Assembly: GCA_964035545.1 (NCBI GenBank)
Contig: OZ037766.1
Span: 27,635,673-27,699,672 of the forward strand
DNA length: 64,000 nucleotides
Source: Bugula neritina
Taxonomy: Eukaryota > Animalia > Bryozoa
Reading direction: 5' to 3'
Shown: one piece after another, positions 25,524 to 38,724 of the stretch
Numbering within the stretch: the stretch's first letter is position 1
How the letters are laid out: each line of letters starts with the position of its first letter
The notes under the pieces: generated by a model
What the model saw: only the letters and a program-made list of their open reading frames with translations
Told to the model about the DNA's origin: nothing
The model's database searches: none
Translations under genes and position numbers: made by a program

Positions 25524-28500
25524 ATGGCTGAAGTGAAGGTGATGCTGATATTTGCTGTTTTAGCTCTCATTTGTCTTTTTCCTGGTAATCGAGCTCTCAC
25601 ATTCAGAGAGGTGAGTTTAAAGTTTATCCAATTGTTGGCGCCAAGAGTGAATATTGATTTACTGAAAGTATTATATTCATTGCTTCAATAAGTACAGCAG
25701 TTTAAGGGAAGCCATTTGGTTGTGCTAAATGTAATAGTCCGTTAAGTTCACTTACTTCTTTTTCTTGGTAATCAAAAATGCATCAGTTCAAGGAAATGTT
25801 CTAAAACAGTTCTTAACTTGGTTCAAGATACAAATTATGCTTACAAATAGCCAGGGTTTTGCTTTTTAAGACATTGTTTACGGTACATTAATAAAATGTA
25901 ATCAGGTACATATAACACGTACTATATATACCGTACGCACACTCTAAGTTTCTGTAAATTGCATATAAATATTTGATATTCCAGAAAGCATCACAAGTCA
26001 AGTTAGATGCACAATGGATTGATGCAAAAGCCAATGATGTCGTGGACCTCATATTTGTTATGGACAGGAGTGGGAGCGTTGGTGGCAACTTCCCTAAAGC
26101 CAAAACGTTTGTTAAAGACTTCTTGGACTATTTCAGTATAGCACCCCAACACACTCAGGTAATTTTGGTGTAAATTGAATTCAGGTGGTGCGTATGTTGC
26201 TACAGGTAGCGTATGTGCTACCACAGGTAGTACATGTGTTATCACAGGTAGTGCATATCTTATCACAGGTAGTGCATGCAGTACCAGTATTGTGGGCATT
26301 GATAACTCAAACGACACATTATTTTATCTAGATGATAAGGTTGAACAATTTATCAAGCAATAAACACATATACTGTGTAAATGCTTATTTTAAGTCATGT
26401 ACATTATGTTATAAGAATTCAATTGCATAAAGGCTTAATGTTGGTGTATCATTTTTCTACATAATTATATTGGAGTAAAAAGATTGATTAAACCTTACCT
26501 TAAAAACATATAGTTAAATTGTAATTTGTAGTTATATTTAAATTTAATTCTACTATTCACCTTCAAATATATAAAGAAATGATATGAAGTGACCTGGACA
26601 CAGTTGAGCTAAAAATCTTGAGTATACTTTTATGTTTCCATGGCCTTTCTGGCTCAAATATATATATTAATACAAGTTTTGCAAGTGACAAGTCTTTTAC
26701 TTTTTGGCATTTGGTAGCAATAACTTGGCTCTTGAAACCGTTCACATTTTCTGTAGAGCCATTTATCACTGTATTTAGGTTGGAGTTGTGCTGTTTGACA
26801 ATGGGGTGTCTAACCCTGTGCCCCTAACACACAACAACCACAAATGTAAGTTTATGGGCCAATTGGAGAGAGATGTTCCCAACACCGTGGGAGGTCTAAC
26901 TAACGCATACGCAGGTCTGTCGTTTTTGCCTGTTGGATCTTTCTTTAATATTTTTATTGAAATTTTTTTTCACGTTAAACATAAATTTTACTTTTAACTG
27001 CGAAGACTACTTTGTGACAGTTGGATGATTTTTATCCTTGCGAAATGAGATTTTACTGGCAGTTGTATATGCCTGATGTTGAACCTGTTTCCTATGAGCT
27101 AACTATGTGTTAGTTATAAGGCTATATTACTCTGTCACAACTTGTTCCTTTTGTTTTGGCACACCACTATTGCTTTAATTCGAATATCACAAAGCTCTGC
27201 TGTGTTAGAAATGAAAGTACATCCATACCTTTCATGTCTGCACACTTCACTCATGCTATGGCCATTTGTGATTCATCTCTTTAGAGTTTCCACTATGCAT
27301 ACTTTCAATTTATAATTCAGGAGCACGTTTTTACTAAAATATTTATAATTACGAAGCACAAATTTACTAAAAGCATTTTTCCCGCTATGTGATTACAGGA
27401 TTAGAGTTTGCTGTGAATCTACTTCGAAAGAACAGCAGGAAAAATTTCGGAGCTTTCCCGGTTGTGGTGTTCATAACTGACGGTGACTACAATGTAGGAG
27501 GGAATCCCCTCCCTCAAGTGGAGGCCCTGAAAAGGGAAGGGGTATGTCTATGAACAGAACCTAAGTAACTTCCACTGTCCTCGTGTAATCTCACCTGAGT
27601 AGCAACACTTTCTTGAGTCTTTGGCATGTTGCCAAAGGGACACGGTGTAAAGTCAACTCTTTAATATGTTGCTTATATTGAGAATTATCTCAAAAATAGA
27701 ATTTATGAAAGATATTCTTATTCATATTTTTTTAACAATATACTTGAGAATGTTCTGAATTACATTTATAGTTGTGTTATAAGATATTATAGAATATTCG
27801 GCCAGATTACAATCTTAACTAACTTAATAGCTCAGAGGAACTGCTTCGTGAATCTGAAGGAGAAATCTGGTCTGCTTTTTGCATCCTTTTCGTGAAACAA
27901 GTCTAAAATATTTCATATCATGTCTATTATTACTCAGTAGCATTTTGATTAAAATATTTCTGGTCTTTTCTTAGTTGGATACTTTATTCATTTAAATAAA
28001 TTTAAAACATTATTTGGATACATTATTTTACCGATTTAGATATTGCAAACTTTCTCTTACTAAGGAAGTTCTCTGTGCCCCCCTCCCCCCAATGCTATTG
28101 TTACCTCATGTGGACTGTTGCAGGCTCTGTTGATTATTATTACCATCGGAAACAATCTCCGTAGAAAAGCAGAAATACTTGGATGGGCCAGTAAAGATAA
28201 TAGAAATCAGCCAATGGCCTTTCCAATTGAGAATTTTGATCAGTTTGCCCACTTGGCTCACTACATACATAAAGGTATGCTAAAATATAACATGCATTGA
28301 CTGTTTAAATGCTGTATAATAGTATAATTAGCTTCATGGTCTCGAATTACCTTATTCAGTCACCTAGTGTTTTTAAGCCTAGATAAACAAGTTCCCAAGG
28401 AAAGTTCTAGAAATAGTAAGTTTGTAAATTGTTCAACATCCAGCTAATCAAAATAAATTTTGTCATCAAATCTTCTGATTTCTAGTTTCACAACTAACGA

Positions 28501-31500
28501 GTCATTACAGCTAACCACAATTCCATTATTTATTGCAATAATGTAAAAACCCAACAGTATTTCTCATGTGCATTCAATTTTTTTGTCACATCTGCCAATA
28601 GTTTACGACATTTTTTGTAAAATAGTGACAAATGTTAATATTACACACATATCAAACTTTATATAGCCTATTGCTTGATATTTTTCAATATTTCTTTTGC
28701 CAATGTCCCATTCGTCAAGTTCCCTTGTCATAACTGTATATAGTCATTTAGAGTATGTTATGTATATGTATAAGTATATCTTGTTGTGTTATGTATATGT
28801 ATAAGTATATCTTGTTGTGTTATGTATATGTATAAGTATATCTTGTTGTGTTATGTATATGTATAAGTATATCTTGTTGTGTTATGTATATGTATAAGTA
28901 TATCTTGTTGTGTTATGTATATGTATAAGTATATCTTGTTGTGTTATGTATATGTATAAGTATATCTTGTTGTGTTATGTATATGTATAAGTATATCTTG
29001 TTGTGTTATGTATATGTATGAGTATATCTTGTTGTGTTATGTATATGTATAAGTATATCTTGTTGTGTTATGTATATGTATAAGTATATCTTGTTGTGTT
29101 ATGTATATGTATAAGTATATCTTGTTGTGTTATGTATATGTATAAGTATATCTTGTTGTGTTATGTATATGTATAAGTATATCTTGTTGTGTTATGTATA
29201 TGTATAAGTATATCTTGTTGTGTTATGTATATGTATAAGTATATCTTGTTGTGTTATGTATATGTATAAGTATATCTTGTTGTGTTATGTATATGTATAA
29301 GTATATCTTGTTGTGTTATGTATATGTATAAGTATATCTTGTTGTGTTATGTATATGTATAAGTATATCTTGTTGTGTTATGTATATGTATAAGTATATT
29401 TTGTTGTGTTATGTATACGTATAAGTATATCTTGTTGTGTTATGTATATGTATGAGTATATCTTGTTGTGTTATGTATATGTATGAGTATATCTTGTTGT
29501 GTTATGTATATGTATGAGTATATCTTGTTGTGTTATGTATATGTATAAGTATATCTTGTTGTGTTATGTATATGTATAAGTATATCTTGTTGTGTTATGT
29601 ATATGTATAAGTATATCTTGTTGTGTTATGTATATGTATAAGTATATCTTGTTGTGTTATGTATATGTATAAGTATATCTTGTTGTGTTATGTATATGTA
29701 TAAGTATATCTTGTTGTGTTATGTATATGTATAAGTATATCTTGTTGTGTTATGTATATGTATAAGTATATCTTGTTGTGTTATGTATATGTATAAGTAT
29801 ATCTTGTTGTGTTATGTATATGTATAAGTATATCTTGTTGTGTTATGTATATGTATAAGTATATCTTGTTGTGTTATGTATATGTATAAGTATATCTTGT
29901 TGTGTTATGTATATGTATAAGTATATCTTGTTGTGTTATGTATATGTATAAGTACATCTTGTTGTGTTATGTATATGTATAAGTACGTCTTTTTGTGTTA
30001 TGTATATGTATAAGTACATCTTGTTGTGTTATGTATATGTATAAGTACGTCTTTTTGTGTTATGTATATGTATAAGCACGTCTTTTTGTGTTATGTATAT
30101 GTATAAGTATATCTTGTTGTGTTATGTATATATATAAGTACATCTTGTTGTGTTATGTATATGTATAAGTATATCTTGTTGTGTTATGTATATGTATAAG
30201 TATATCTTGTTGTGTTATGTATATGTATAAGTATATCTTGTTGTGTTATGTATATATATAAGTACATCTTGTTGTGTTATGTATATGTATAAGTATATCT
30301 TGTTGTGTTATGTATATGTATAAGTATATCTTGTTGTGTTATGTATATGTATAAGTATATCTTGCATCGCAGGAACCCAGACCAGCAAGTTCCTGCCTAT
30401 CGATGACGCGGAATGCGGCAACAAATGTGACAAAGTCGGGGCGAGTGCTTCTGCCTGTGTTTGTGACACTCTGGCCTCCCGCGGTCAACCTACGTGTGGG
30501 TGTGACCCTGGACAGCATGTAAAGACCATCAACGGAAAGGATGGATGTGTCAGTAAGTACAGGATGTGATGTAATCTCAGCTTGTGAGGTTCGGCAGATG
30601 TACAGTATTTATGTGAACAGAGAAAAGGTGTTTGTAATGGAGAGCACTTTAACGATACTGAAATTCTTTAATAACTAAGTTATTATAGTGATTGCTTTGA
30701 CAAACTATAATTACCATATATGTTGCTGATTGCACTCTAGTTATATACTTTCTGCTGATTTCACTTTACTTATATTATAAATTCTGTTGATTTCACTTTG
30801 TCTACAGATTGTCCCTTGGGTTTTTACCAAGAAGAGAAGAATATCTTCAGATCCTGTAAGTCATGTCCTAAAGGGCAGACAACTCACGCCCCTCGCTCTG
30901 CTGACATTAGTCAGTGCGTATGCGGGGCGGGCTTCTGGAATCCCATTGATAAGTCTAGGAATCCCCACAAGGGCCAGTGTTCACGTGAGTTGTCCTCTCA
31001 GTCAGTATCTAGCAGCATGTGATGACTCTTAATTTTATTTGTTTAGTCAAATGAAAAAGATCTTCATTTTATTTTAAATTTATATGCAAAATATTATTGA
31101 AACTGTAGTGGGTTTGGCATTTGCCCAATGGGTTTATTTCATTTATTTCTACGAACTTCAACTTCATCTCAACTGATGTACTGTATAAACTATAAGCAAC
31201 AGTTAGTGGTTTCTATTAACTGGAATACTATACATGTAATTAGACTAGTTGTAGAGCTCAAAGTTTAGGACCTGACATTATAATAAAATTTATCAATGGG
31301 TGGAGCTACATGTTGAAGTTCTATGACATAAATAAATGCTTGAAATAAGCAAAATATTTCAACTAAATTTATAATAATAGAAATACCGGAATTATGGATA
31401 ACAGGGTAAAAATTGTAGTATATATAAGAATTTTCTTTTCCAAATACATGCGGGACACAGCTCCAAGATGGAAGTGTGTATAACTGTATACCAGTACAAC

Positions 31501-34500
31501 TGAAGCTAATACTCATTGCATTCAATACTACTGGCTATAGAATTTGAAGCTGCAAGAACTAAAATTATCTTCAGCATTCACTTCAAGTATAATGTTAGAG
31601 CTTAACCCCAATGACTTCTAGAGAACTAGGCCACTGATGTCTCACTGTAAAATCAGTGTCTGCTGATAACTCCAATTCTCTATTTTGAAATTTACAGGTT
31701 TGTATTAACCATTTATGAGGGAGTTGCATTACCTTGTTAAATAGCCTTATTGAGACAGTTACTACCATAAATTTAGGTGCCTGCAGTATTAAAGTGTCTA
31801 CACTCTACCCAAGTTAGGTGAAAGGTAGGGGTTTTGTCGAGTATAAAGCTTGAGTGATATTTATAGTACTGTGTCTGTTTGACAGCTGTGACATGTCAGA
31901 AAGATTCTCCACAACTACTTGACTCTCACTTCATAGCACTGAGTGGCAGTTGTCAATACACCTATGGGCAGTCATGTAACTATGAGTGCTTCAGAGGCTT
32001 TATTACTGCAGGAGTTAAAACTAGAACATGCCAGCAGAGTGGAAAGATGGACCCTCCACCCGCAATGTGTAGTGGTTAGTAGAACCAAAGCTAATTGCTT
32101 CTGCAATAAATGCTTGGTTTTAAAAATACTCTATTTTTAAAAAAAATGATGCTATATGCTACCAGTGTAATAAAAAAATTTTTTGTATTTGGTTTTGTTT
32201 GAAACTTTCAAGTTTCCTGATTCTGTTTTATAAATTTACTTTCACATAGACTAAATTGTTGTTTTTTTACTGGAATTTGAAAAATATCTTCAACATATAT
32301 GAATAGCCTATTTTATACTACCATCTTCTTATTATATTGACAGACGTTTAGTATTCACGTAGTACATAGTAACAATTCTATATGCTCTTCAATAGCCCTC
32401 CTGTGCCCCATCATGCCTAAAGTACCACACAGCACTGGCTGGATCTGCCTGAACCAAGGTAAGCAGGTAAGTGGTAAATACCCGTACAGAACTACCTGCG
32501 AGAACCACTGTAATGCTGGCTTCCTTCCCAGGCCAGACACTAACGAGTTCGTCATCTGTGGCCTCGACAACGACAGACTTACCGGCAAGTGGTCTGGATC
32601 AGGCCTAGTTTGTGAACGTAAGTCTTGTTTTATTGTACTATATATTCTGTGGTTTATGCTATTTTATATTGTATATTATGTAATATATTGCTGTTTTATA
32701 TTATATATTCTGTAATATGATGCTATGCTTTTATATACAATTACATGTTATCCACTTTACTGTATATAATCTTCTAAAAACTGCTCCATTTGTTTGTATC
32801 TCTAAAACGCATTTCTTGTTTCACACTGCACTATAAGTTACACGCATTGACATTGTCTATTGTATTATCTAATATAATCTTTTGCATGCACCATAGTATT
32901 CATGTTGTCCTGTAGTGCAACATGTTATAGTGTTACATGTTATAGCATAGTGTTACATGTTATGGCATAGTGTTCATGTTGTACTGTAGTTTGACATGTT
33001 GTACTGTAGTGTTACATGTTATAGCATAGCGCTCATGTTGTACTGTAGTGTCACATGTTGTACTGTAGTGCAACATGTTATGGTGTGTTCATGTTATAGC
33101 ATAATGTTACCTGTTATAGTGCAGTGTTACATGGTATGGCATAGTGTTCATGTTGTACTGTAGTGTGACATGTTGTACTGTAGTATGACATATTGCACTG
33201 ATGTTACAGCAAGGAAGTGCACTAACCTACCAGAGGTACTCAATGGTCAGTACAACCAGAGAGACTGCAGTCATCCCGCCTCTGACAGGACCTTTGGCAA
33301 AGTCTGCTCTGTATCGTGTAATCACGGCTTCGTCATCTCCGAAAAGGTGGAGTGGACGTGCCAGGACGATGGACAGTGGACCAACTATGATAAGACTGTC
33401 AAATGTAAAGGTAGGCAACTCTTATTTGATAGGTAATTCCATATAGGGTAGGCAACTCCTATATAAATAGTGATTTTGTGTAGAACAAAAACTGTATTTC
33501 ATAATTTATACCAGTTTCTTTTTACAGCTGAACAGTCATGATAAATGCTTAGTCCTGTTATTGCAGGTTGAGATGTTGTGTTCTGAGTTTACCTGTAGTT
33601 CTACCTGCTCTGTTTTGTACTAAGGTTTCTGTAGTTTGTTTCCTTGCTGTGATGTAGATATAACACCACCTCAAATCCTAAGCTGCCCCCAACATCTCAC
33701 TGTGCCCAATGCAGAGAATGAAGGCTACGCTATCGTGAAGCTCTTACCACTAGATGCTATTGACAATGATGGAGCCACCACCATAGACCAAACTCTACAC
33801 TTACAGCCTGCAGGTAACTTAACACCATAGACCAAACCCTGCACTTACAACCTGCAGGTAACTTAACACCATAGACCAAACTCTGCACTTACAACCTGCA
33901 GGTAACTTAACACCATAGACCAAACTCTACACTTACAGCCTGCAGGTAACTTTTCACTATAGCCCAAACTCTGCACTCGCAACCTGTAGGCCACTACATG
34001 GCATGATATTGGTGTCATAACTCCTCTCTCCGCGTCTACTGAGGGCATATCAACTAACTCACTATAAATCTAGCTGAAGTACTATTAGAGGCTCATTAAT
34101 CTTTTTTTAGGAGAAATATTAGTATAATTTTTAAGCTTTACGACAAATTCATGTCTTTGTTGGAAATCACAAATATTCGCTGAGTTTAGAGTTATCTCGA
34201 CATGTCAGATACTGGATGTTTCCTTGCTGTACCCAGCATGCTAGTGCTCAGTCACTCATCAATGTAGTGATGTCCCACCTGCCAATTACCTTCAACCACC
34301 TGTCTCTCTGTGCCATGTGTAGGAAGTTCCAGAATAGATGAATATCCGTGCAACAGTAAAGACTGCGGGGAGACAACTTTTAATCTTCCGATTGGCACTT
34401 CAACTGTGAACTTTACTGTGAGTGACCGTTCCGGCAATTCTGACAGTTGTATATACCAGGTAACTGTGCAAGGTAAGTTGTATATACCAGGTAACAGTGC

Positions 34501-37500
34501 AAGGTAAGTTGTATTTACCAGGTAACAGTGCAAGGTAAGTTGTATTTACCAGATAGCAGTGCAAGGTAAGTTATATATTACTATTTTTGTCCAGGGCAGT
34601 AATTTTTCAATGTATGTAAGTGTTATGTAACACTTTGTATTTTTGATTTTTTAAATTTTAAATTAATTTAAGGGTTGTTAGTGGTGAATTATGGGAATAA
34701 CTGTTCATCAATTATAGAAATAGACCACCGGGAGTTGTTTCATCCTGCAAACAACAAGCTATTTTCAATAATTCTATTTTTCATATAATAATAATTAAAG
34801 GACGAATTCACATTAGCACTTTTATAGCTTTATGTAATTTAGATAATGCAGCTTGTAGGTGATGTAAACATATTTATAGTGTGAGTATCCTAAGTGTGAT
34901 CTGTTTCTCTGTTGAATGCAGATGTTGAGCCCCCTCAGGTTGTACAATGCGATGGACCTGACACTAAGGATGGCTTTATATACTCTGAGGATAATGTGCA
35001 GTATGTAGACTGGAAGGTAAGGGACAGGGGCTATTTGTTATTATAGACCCTCCATCTGTTTGTGGATAAACATTTTCAGTATGTTTCATAGTATATATAT
35101 ATGTGTTGGTCAATAGTTTGATTGGGTATAGTATGTTGAATAGAATAAAATTCTAATTATATTGGGATTAGTAATTTATTACCATAAGGGGGGGAGGGGC
35201 TGGAGCATTTTTTAATTCAGTATTTGATGATTAGTATCTACAAAGAAACTTTATATCTGGCAAAGATAATACCTCATCTCTTATTAGACTATTGTGTAAT
35301 GTTAGTTATATATCTTGTATCTTGTCAAGGAACCAGAATTTAGTGATAACAGTGGACTAGAGTTGAAGATATATCCCACTGGTAGTCCCGGAGAATACCG
35401 CGTAGGTAGAACATGGTCATTCAAGTATACAGCAACAGATACTGCTGGAAACACTGCACAGTGTGAATTCTCTTTCAAACTGACTGGTGAGACAACTCTG
35501 AATTTCCTGCAATAACTACTAGCATTATTACAGTTAGACATCTCTACTGCTTTGTAGTTACTCTTGTAAATATTGTGTAGTATTTACAAAAGGTGCACAA
35601 CTCCCATACACTCTGTAAGCTATGACAGCTGGTTAGCTAGCTAGACGCTGATGGAATAGTGAAACTGTACAATTTATGTGTAGAATATATACAGTTTGGC
35701 CAAGTTATATTTCTTTATATTACAAAAAAACTATTTCAATTACCAGTTTCTGAATGGGTTGGAAGTTTGAAATATAAAGCTCACATTAAAATAATGTAAT
35801 AAATTTTGTGTTTCAATTTTGCTCAACTTTCACAAGCTTTCAGTGAATTGAAATTTCTTGTTTGTTTGACATTCCTACTCTGCTATGATATAATATCGTA
35901 TAATATATAGTGTGATATAATATAATACAGTATGATATAATAATAATAATACAGTGTGATATAGTGTAATATAATATAATACAATATGATATAGTGTAAT
36001 ATAGTATAGTATAGTATGGTAAAATAATAATATAATACAGTGTGATATAGCATAGTATAGTATAGTGTAGTATAGCATAGTATAGTGTAGTATAGCATAG
36101 TATAGTGTAGTGTAGTGTAGTATAGTGTAGTATAGCATAGTATAGTATAGTATAGTGTAGTGCAGTATAGTATAGTGTAGTATAGTATAGTGTAGTGTAG
36201 TATAGTATAGTGTAGTATAGTATAGCTTAGTACAGGGTAGTATAGCATAGTACAGTGTAGTATAGTATAGTATAGTGTAGTATAGTGTAGTATAGTTTAG
36301 TATAGTACAGTACAGTGTAGTATAGTACAGTGTAGTACTGTAGGTACTGATCCATGTACTCTATTTAATGTGTAGCATTAAATGCAAGATTGAGTTACAG
36401 CTTAGACTCGGTTTAATAAAATCTTGTGCCCAAATAGAATTGCATGCATGCCTTGTTATAGAAACATAGTGTCATCTTCCAAGCATGCCTTCACAAATAC
36501 CAGGGATTGATTCTGTTATTTAGCACCATTTGTTACTCCAACTCTGAAATTGCGGGCGTATCCTTGAGCCACCCCATCTTGTAGAGTTATATGAAGAGTT
36601 ACACTTCGGTCGTGTCTCCAGTTTTAGTAACAAAAACTTATTCTTGTGTACCCGTGTGTAAATTTCGGTCTTTTCACTTGTGATAAAGCAGCAATAAAGC
36701 ATGTCGTGCGGGTAGTTAGATGAGGTGACATTATTTATGGGTCATTTAGATTGCATTAGTGAGAGAACGTCCAATACTTGCATATTTACAATTAACTCAA
36801 CCATAAGGACTGTTTGGTCATTAAGTATAGACAGTAGGTTGCTTTAGGTAGTTGCAGGTAACTGTAGGTAGTTGTTAAGTAACTGTAGGTAGTTGTTAGT
36901 CAATTGTAGGTAATTGTAGGTAGCTGTAGGTAGCTGCAACTGTTGCAGATACATGAACTGGTATAATACAGCAGACATGTCCACGGTTTTATTCACCGTA
37001 GACATTTACTCCTCTCTTTTTGATTAGCTGTAGTTCACACATGAGTTTGCAATGGAAGCATTCCATAAATAGAAAGCAAGATCTTTAATATTAGATAAAA
37101 GCAAATTTGTATAGAAAAAAGTTTTGATATGTGCAAATCAAAAGGATTGAAACGGTACAACATGACCAGTACACTGATAGTCCTGCCAACACTGTTTGTG
37201 AGGAATAAATGTGTTAGGTTAATATATAGTGTACCTGTCCTGGTGTCTTTGTGCTGCATTTCACTTTGTATACTACTTGTATGAGCTCTGCTACCCATAA
37301 TGCAATAATAATATAAAAATTGGGTCAACATTTATGAAATTGAAACAAGTATTACAAGATGTATTTACATGCAATATTCCGTAGGTATAAGGTGCCCACA
37401 ACTCCACACACCAGCTAATGGTGCTCTGGTTTGTGATAAGTTAGCCTTTGGTATCTACTGTGTGCCCCAGTGCCAGCGGGGGCTGGAGAGGCTCCTTCCC

Positions 37501-38724
37501 GACCATATCAGATACACCCCCAATGACTATTTCTGCAGCACTAAAGGCAAATGGCTGCCTCATGACGAAGTGGGAGACTGTGCTAGTAAGTAGTCTGCAC
37601 CTTAGCAAAGTATCGAGTCAACCTCAGTCATTTTTTACTCTTGGTTTACTATAGTCTGAGTGTAACTTGTGTTGGGAATATAGAATATTGAAAAACTTAT
37701 TGTATAGTCGAAACCTGGAATTATAATCAAATACCATATTCTTTTATTCTAGCTTATCAGTGTTTTCCACAACTACCTATCGTGTGTGTATACCTACTAA
37801 AGCATTTATATAGCGCAGGTATATACACTTGACACACTGCAGAAGTTAACTCTAACTTCTATTTGAATCTTGTTTTTTGTAGCTCTAGATATCAGTTGAA
37901 CTCTCATCTGTTCTTCAAAGTAGAGTATCAAAACAACATTGCTGCACTGAAAAGATATCCAATGTTAGCGCTTGATTGATCAATGATAACGCATACCCCC
38001 CCCCTACCTAACACTTTTACAGTGCATTATATTCTATTTTCTAGTCCGAGTTCCCGAGGACAGTAATGGAGGCTCACCTTTCGATGTCCTCTGGTTTGAT
38101 GGGGACTGTAACGACGAGCACACAAAGCAATCTATCATTCAGACTACGCTGGATGCGCTGAACAACGGTGGCCCTAGCTTCACCGGCCAAGGCTGGAAGG
38201 ACAGTCAGGACAAGCCCCTCACTGTCGATGACTTTGAGGTCTTCTGTGGTCCCAAGGTTAGACTATATTCTCTGTACATAAACTTAATTTAACTCTGTGT
38301 TGTAATGGTATTTTAACTTTTTAATTCAAGAAGGTGTTGAGATAGATCTATTTTACTAAAATAATTTTATTTTTGTTCCATCATTATTCTAAAACCCTTT
38401 CAAAAGTTTTGACAAACGCGCTAAAGTCTAAGAATGATTATTCCTTAACCTCACAGGTTTGCTAGCTACTAGGCTTTTTCTCTTTTTTGCATATCTGAAT
38501 GTTGCCTTCATCGTGACATTTATAAATGTACAGTATAGTTGACTCAACCTCGCGAATTGGCTTATTGTATATGTTTGACTAGCTAAGCACACTTCTTATT
38601 TGTGTCTCTTCTCTTTCTGTAGAACGAGTCCATCATTCAGATCGGGAGAAGTAAGCGGGACGTTACCTATGTTCAAGGCCTCTCTGCCACTGCCAAACTC
38701 TTCTCGGGAGTTGTGCTCAACTAA
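25524..38724 (+). CDS. Secreted SVEP1/polydom-like protein: signal-VWA-Cys-rich/ephrin-receptor-like-3xCCP-2xHYR-CCP-short tail
   Basis: Exons 25524-25610, 25985-26158, 26779-26914, 27399-27541, 28124-28274, 30373-30552, 30808-30984, 31886-32074, 32395-32617, 33210-33410, 33658-33813, 34323-34472, 34922-35017, 35330-35486, 37385-37585, 38045-38256, 38623-38724. VWA MIDAS residues: DLIFVMDRSGSV..T..FITDG. Ephrin-receptor-like CPLGFYQ..CKSCPKGQTT. Sushi Cys/Trp patterns. HYR motifs DITPPQILSCP and YTATDTAGNTAQCEF. AATAAA near 39013. Confidence 0.88.
28752..30364. repeat. 31-bp satellite, about 52 copies
   Basis: GTATATCTTGTTGTGTTATGTATATGTATAA, highly homogeneous. Ends ~8 nt before the exon at 30373. 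Confidence 0.98.
32895..33200. repeat. Degenerate ~21-bp tandem repeat
   Basis: CATGTTGTACTGTAGTGT(T/G)A and CATGTTATAGCATAGTGTTA variants, running up to the acceptor at 33209. Confidence 0.8.
33779..33990 (+). repeat. 44-bp tandem repeat containing the exon end and 5' splice site, about 4.7 copies
   Basis: CACCATAGACCAAACTCTACACTTACAGCCTGCAG|GTAACTTAA. The first copy is exonic. Confidence 0.92.
34445..34575 (+). repeat. 31-bp tandem repeat containing the exon end and 5' splice site, about 4 copies
   Basis: AGTTGTATATACCAGGTAACTGTGCAAG|GTA. Confidence 0.92.
35885..36340. repeat. (TAGTA/TAGTG)n pentanucleotide satellite
   Basis: Direct, degenerate at the left end. Confidence 0.93.

Noticed and set aside
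26151-26280. Spaced CAGGT repeats after the VWA exon donor as another donor duplication
   Set aside because: Similarity to the exon end is limited to about CAGGT, too weak to count.
28752-30364. 31-bp array as a possible CRISPR
   Set aside because: The units are head-to-tail with no unique spacers, there are no cas genes, and it lies in a eukaryotic intron.
35875-36248. Tyr-rich ORFs
   Set aside because: These are translations of a pentanucleotide satellite.
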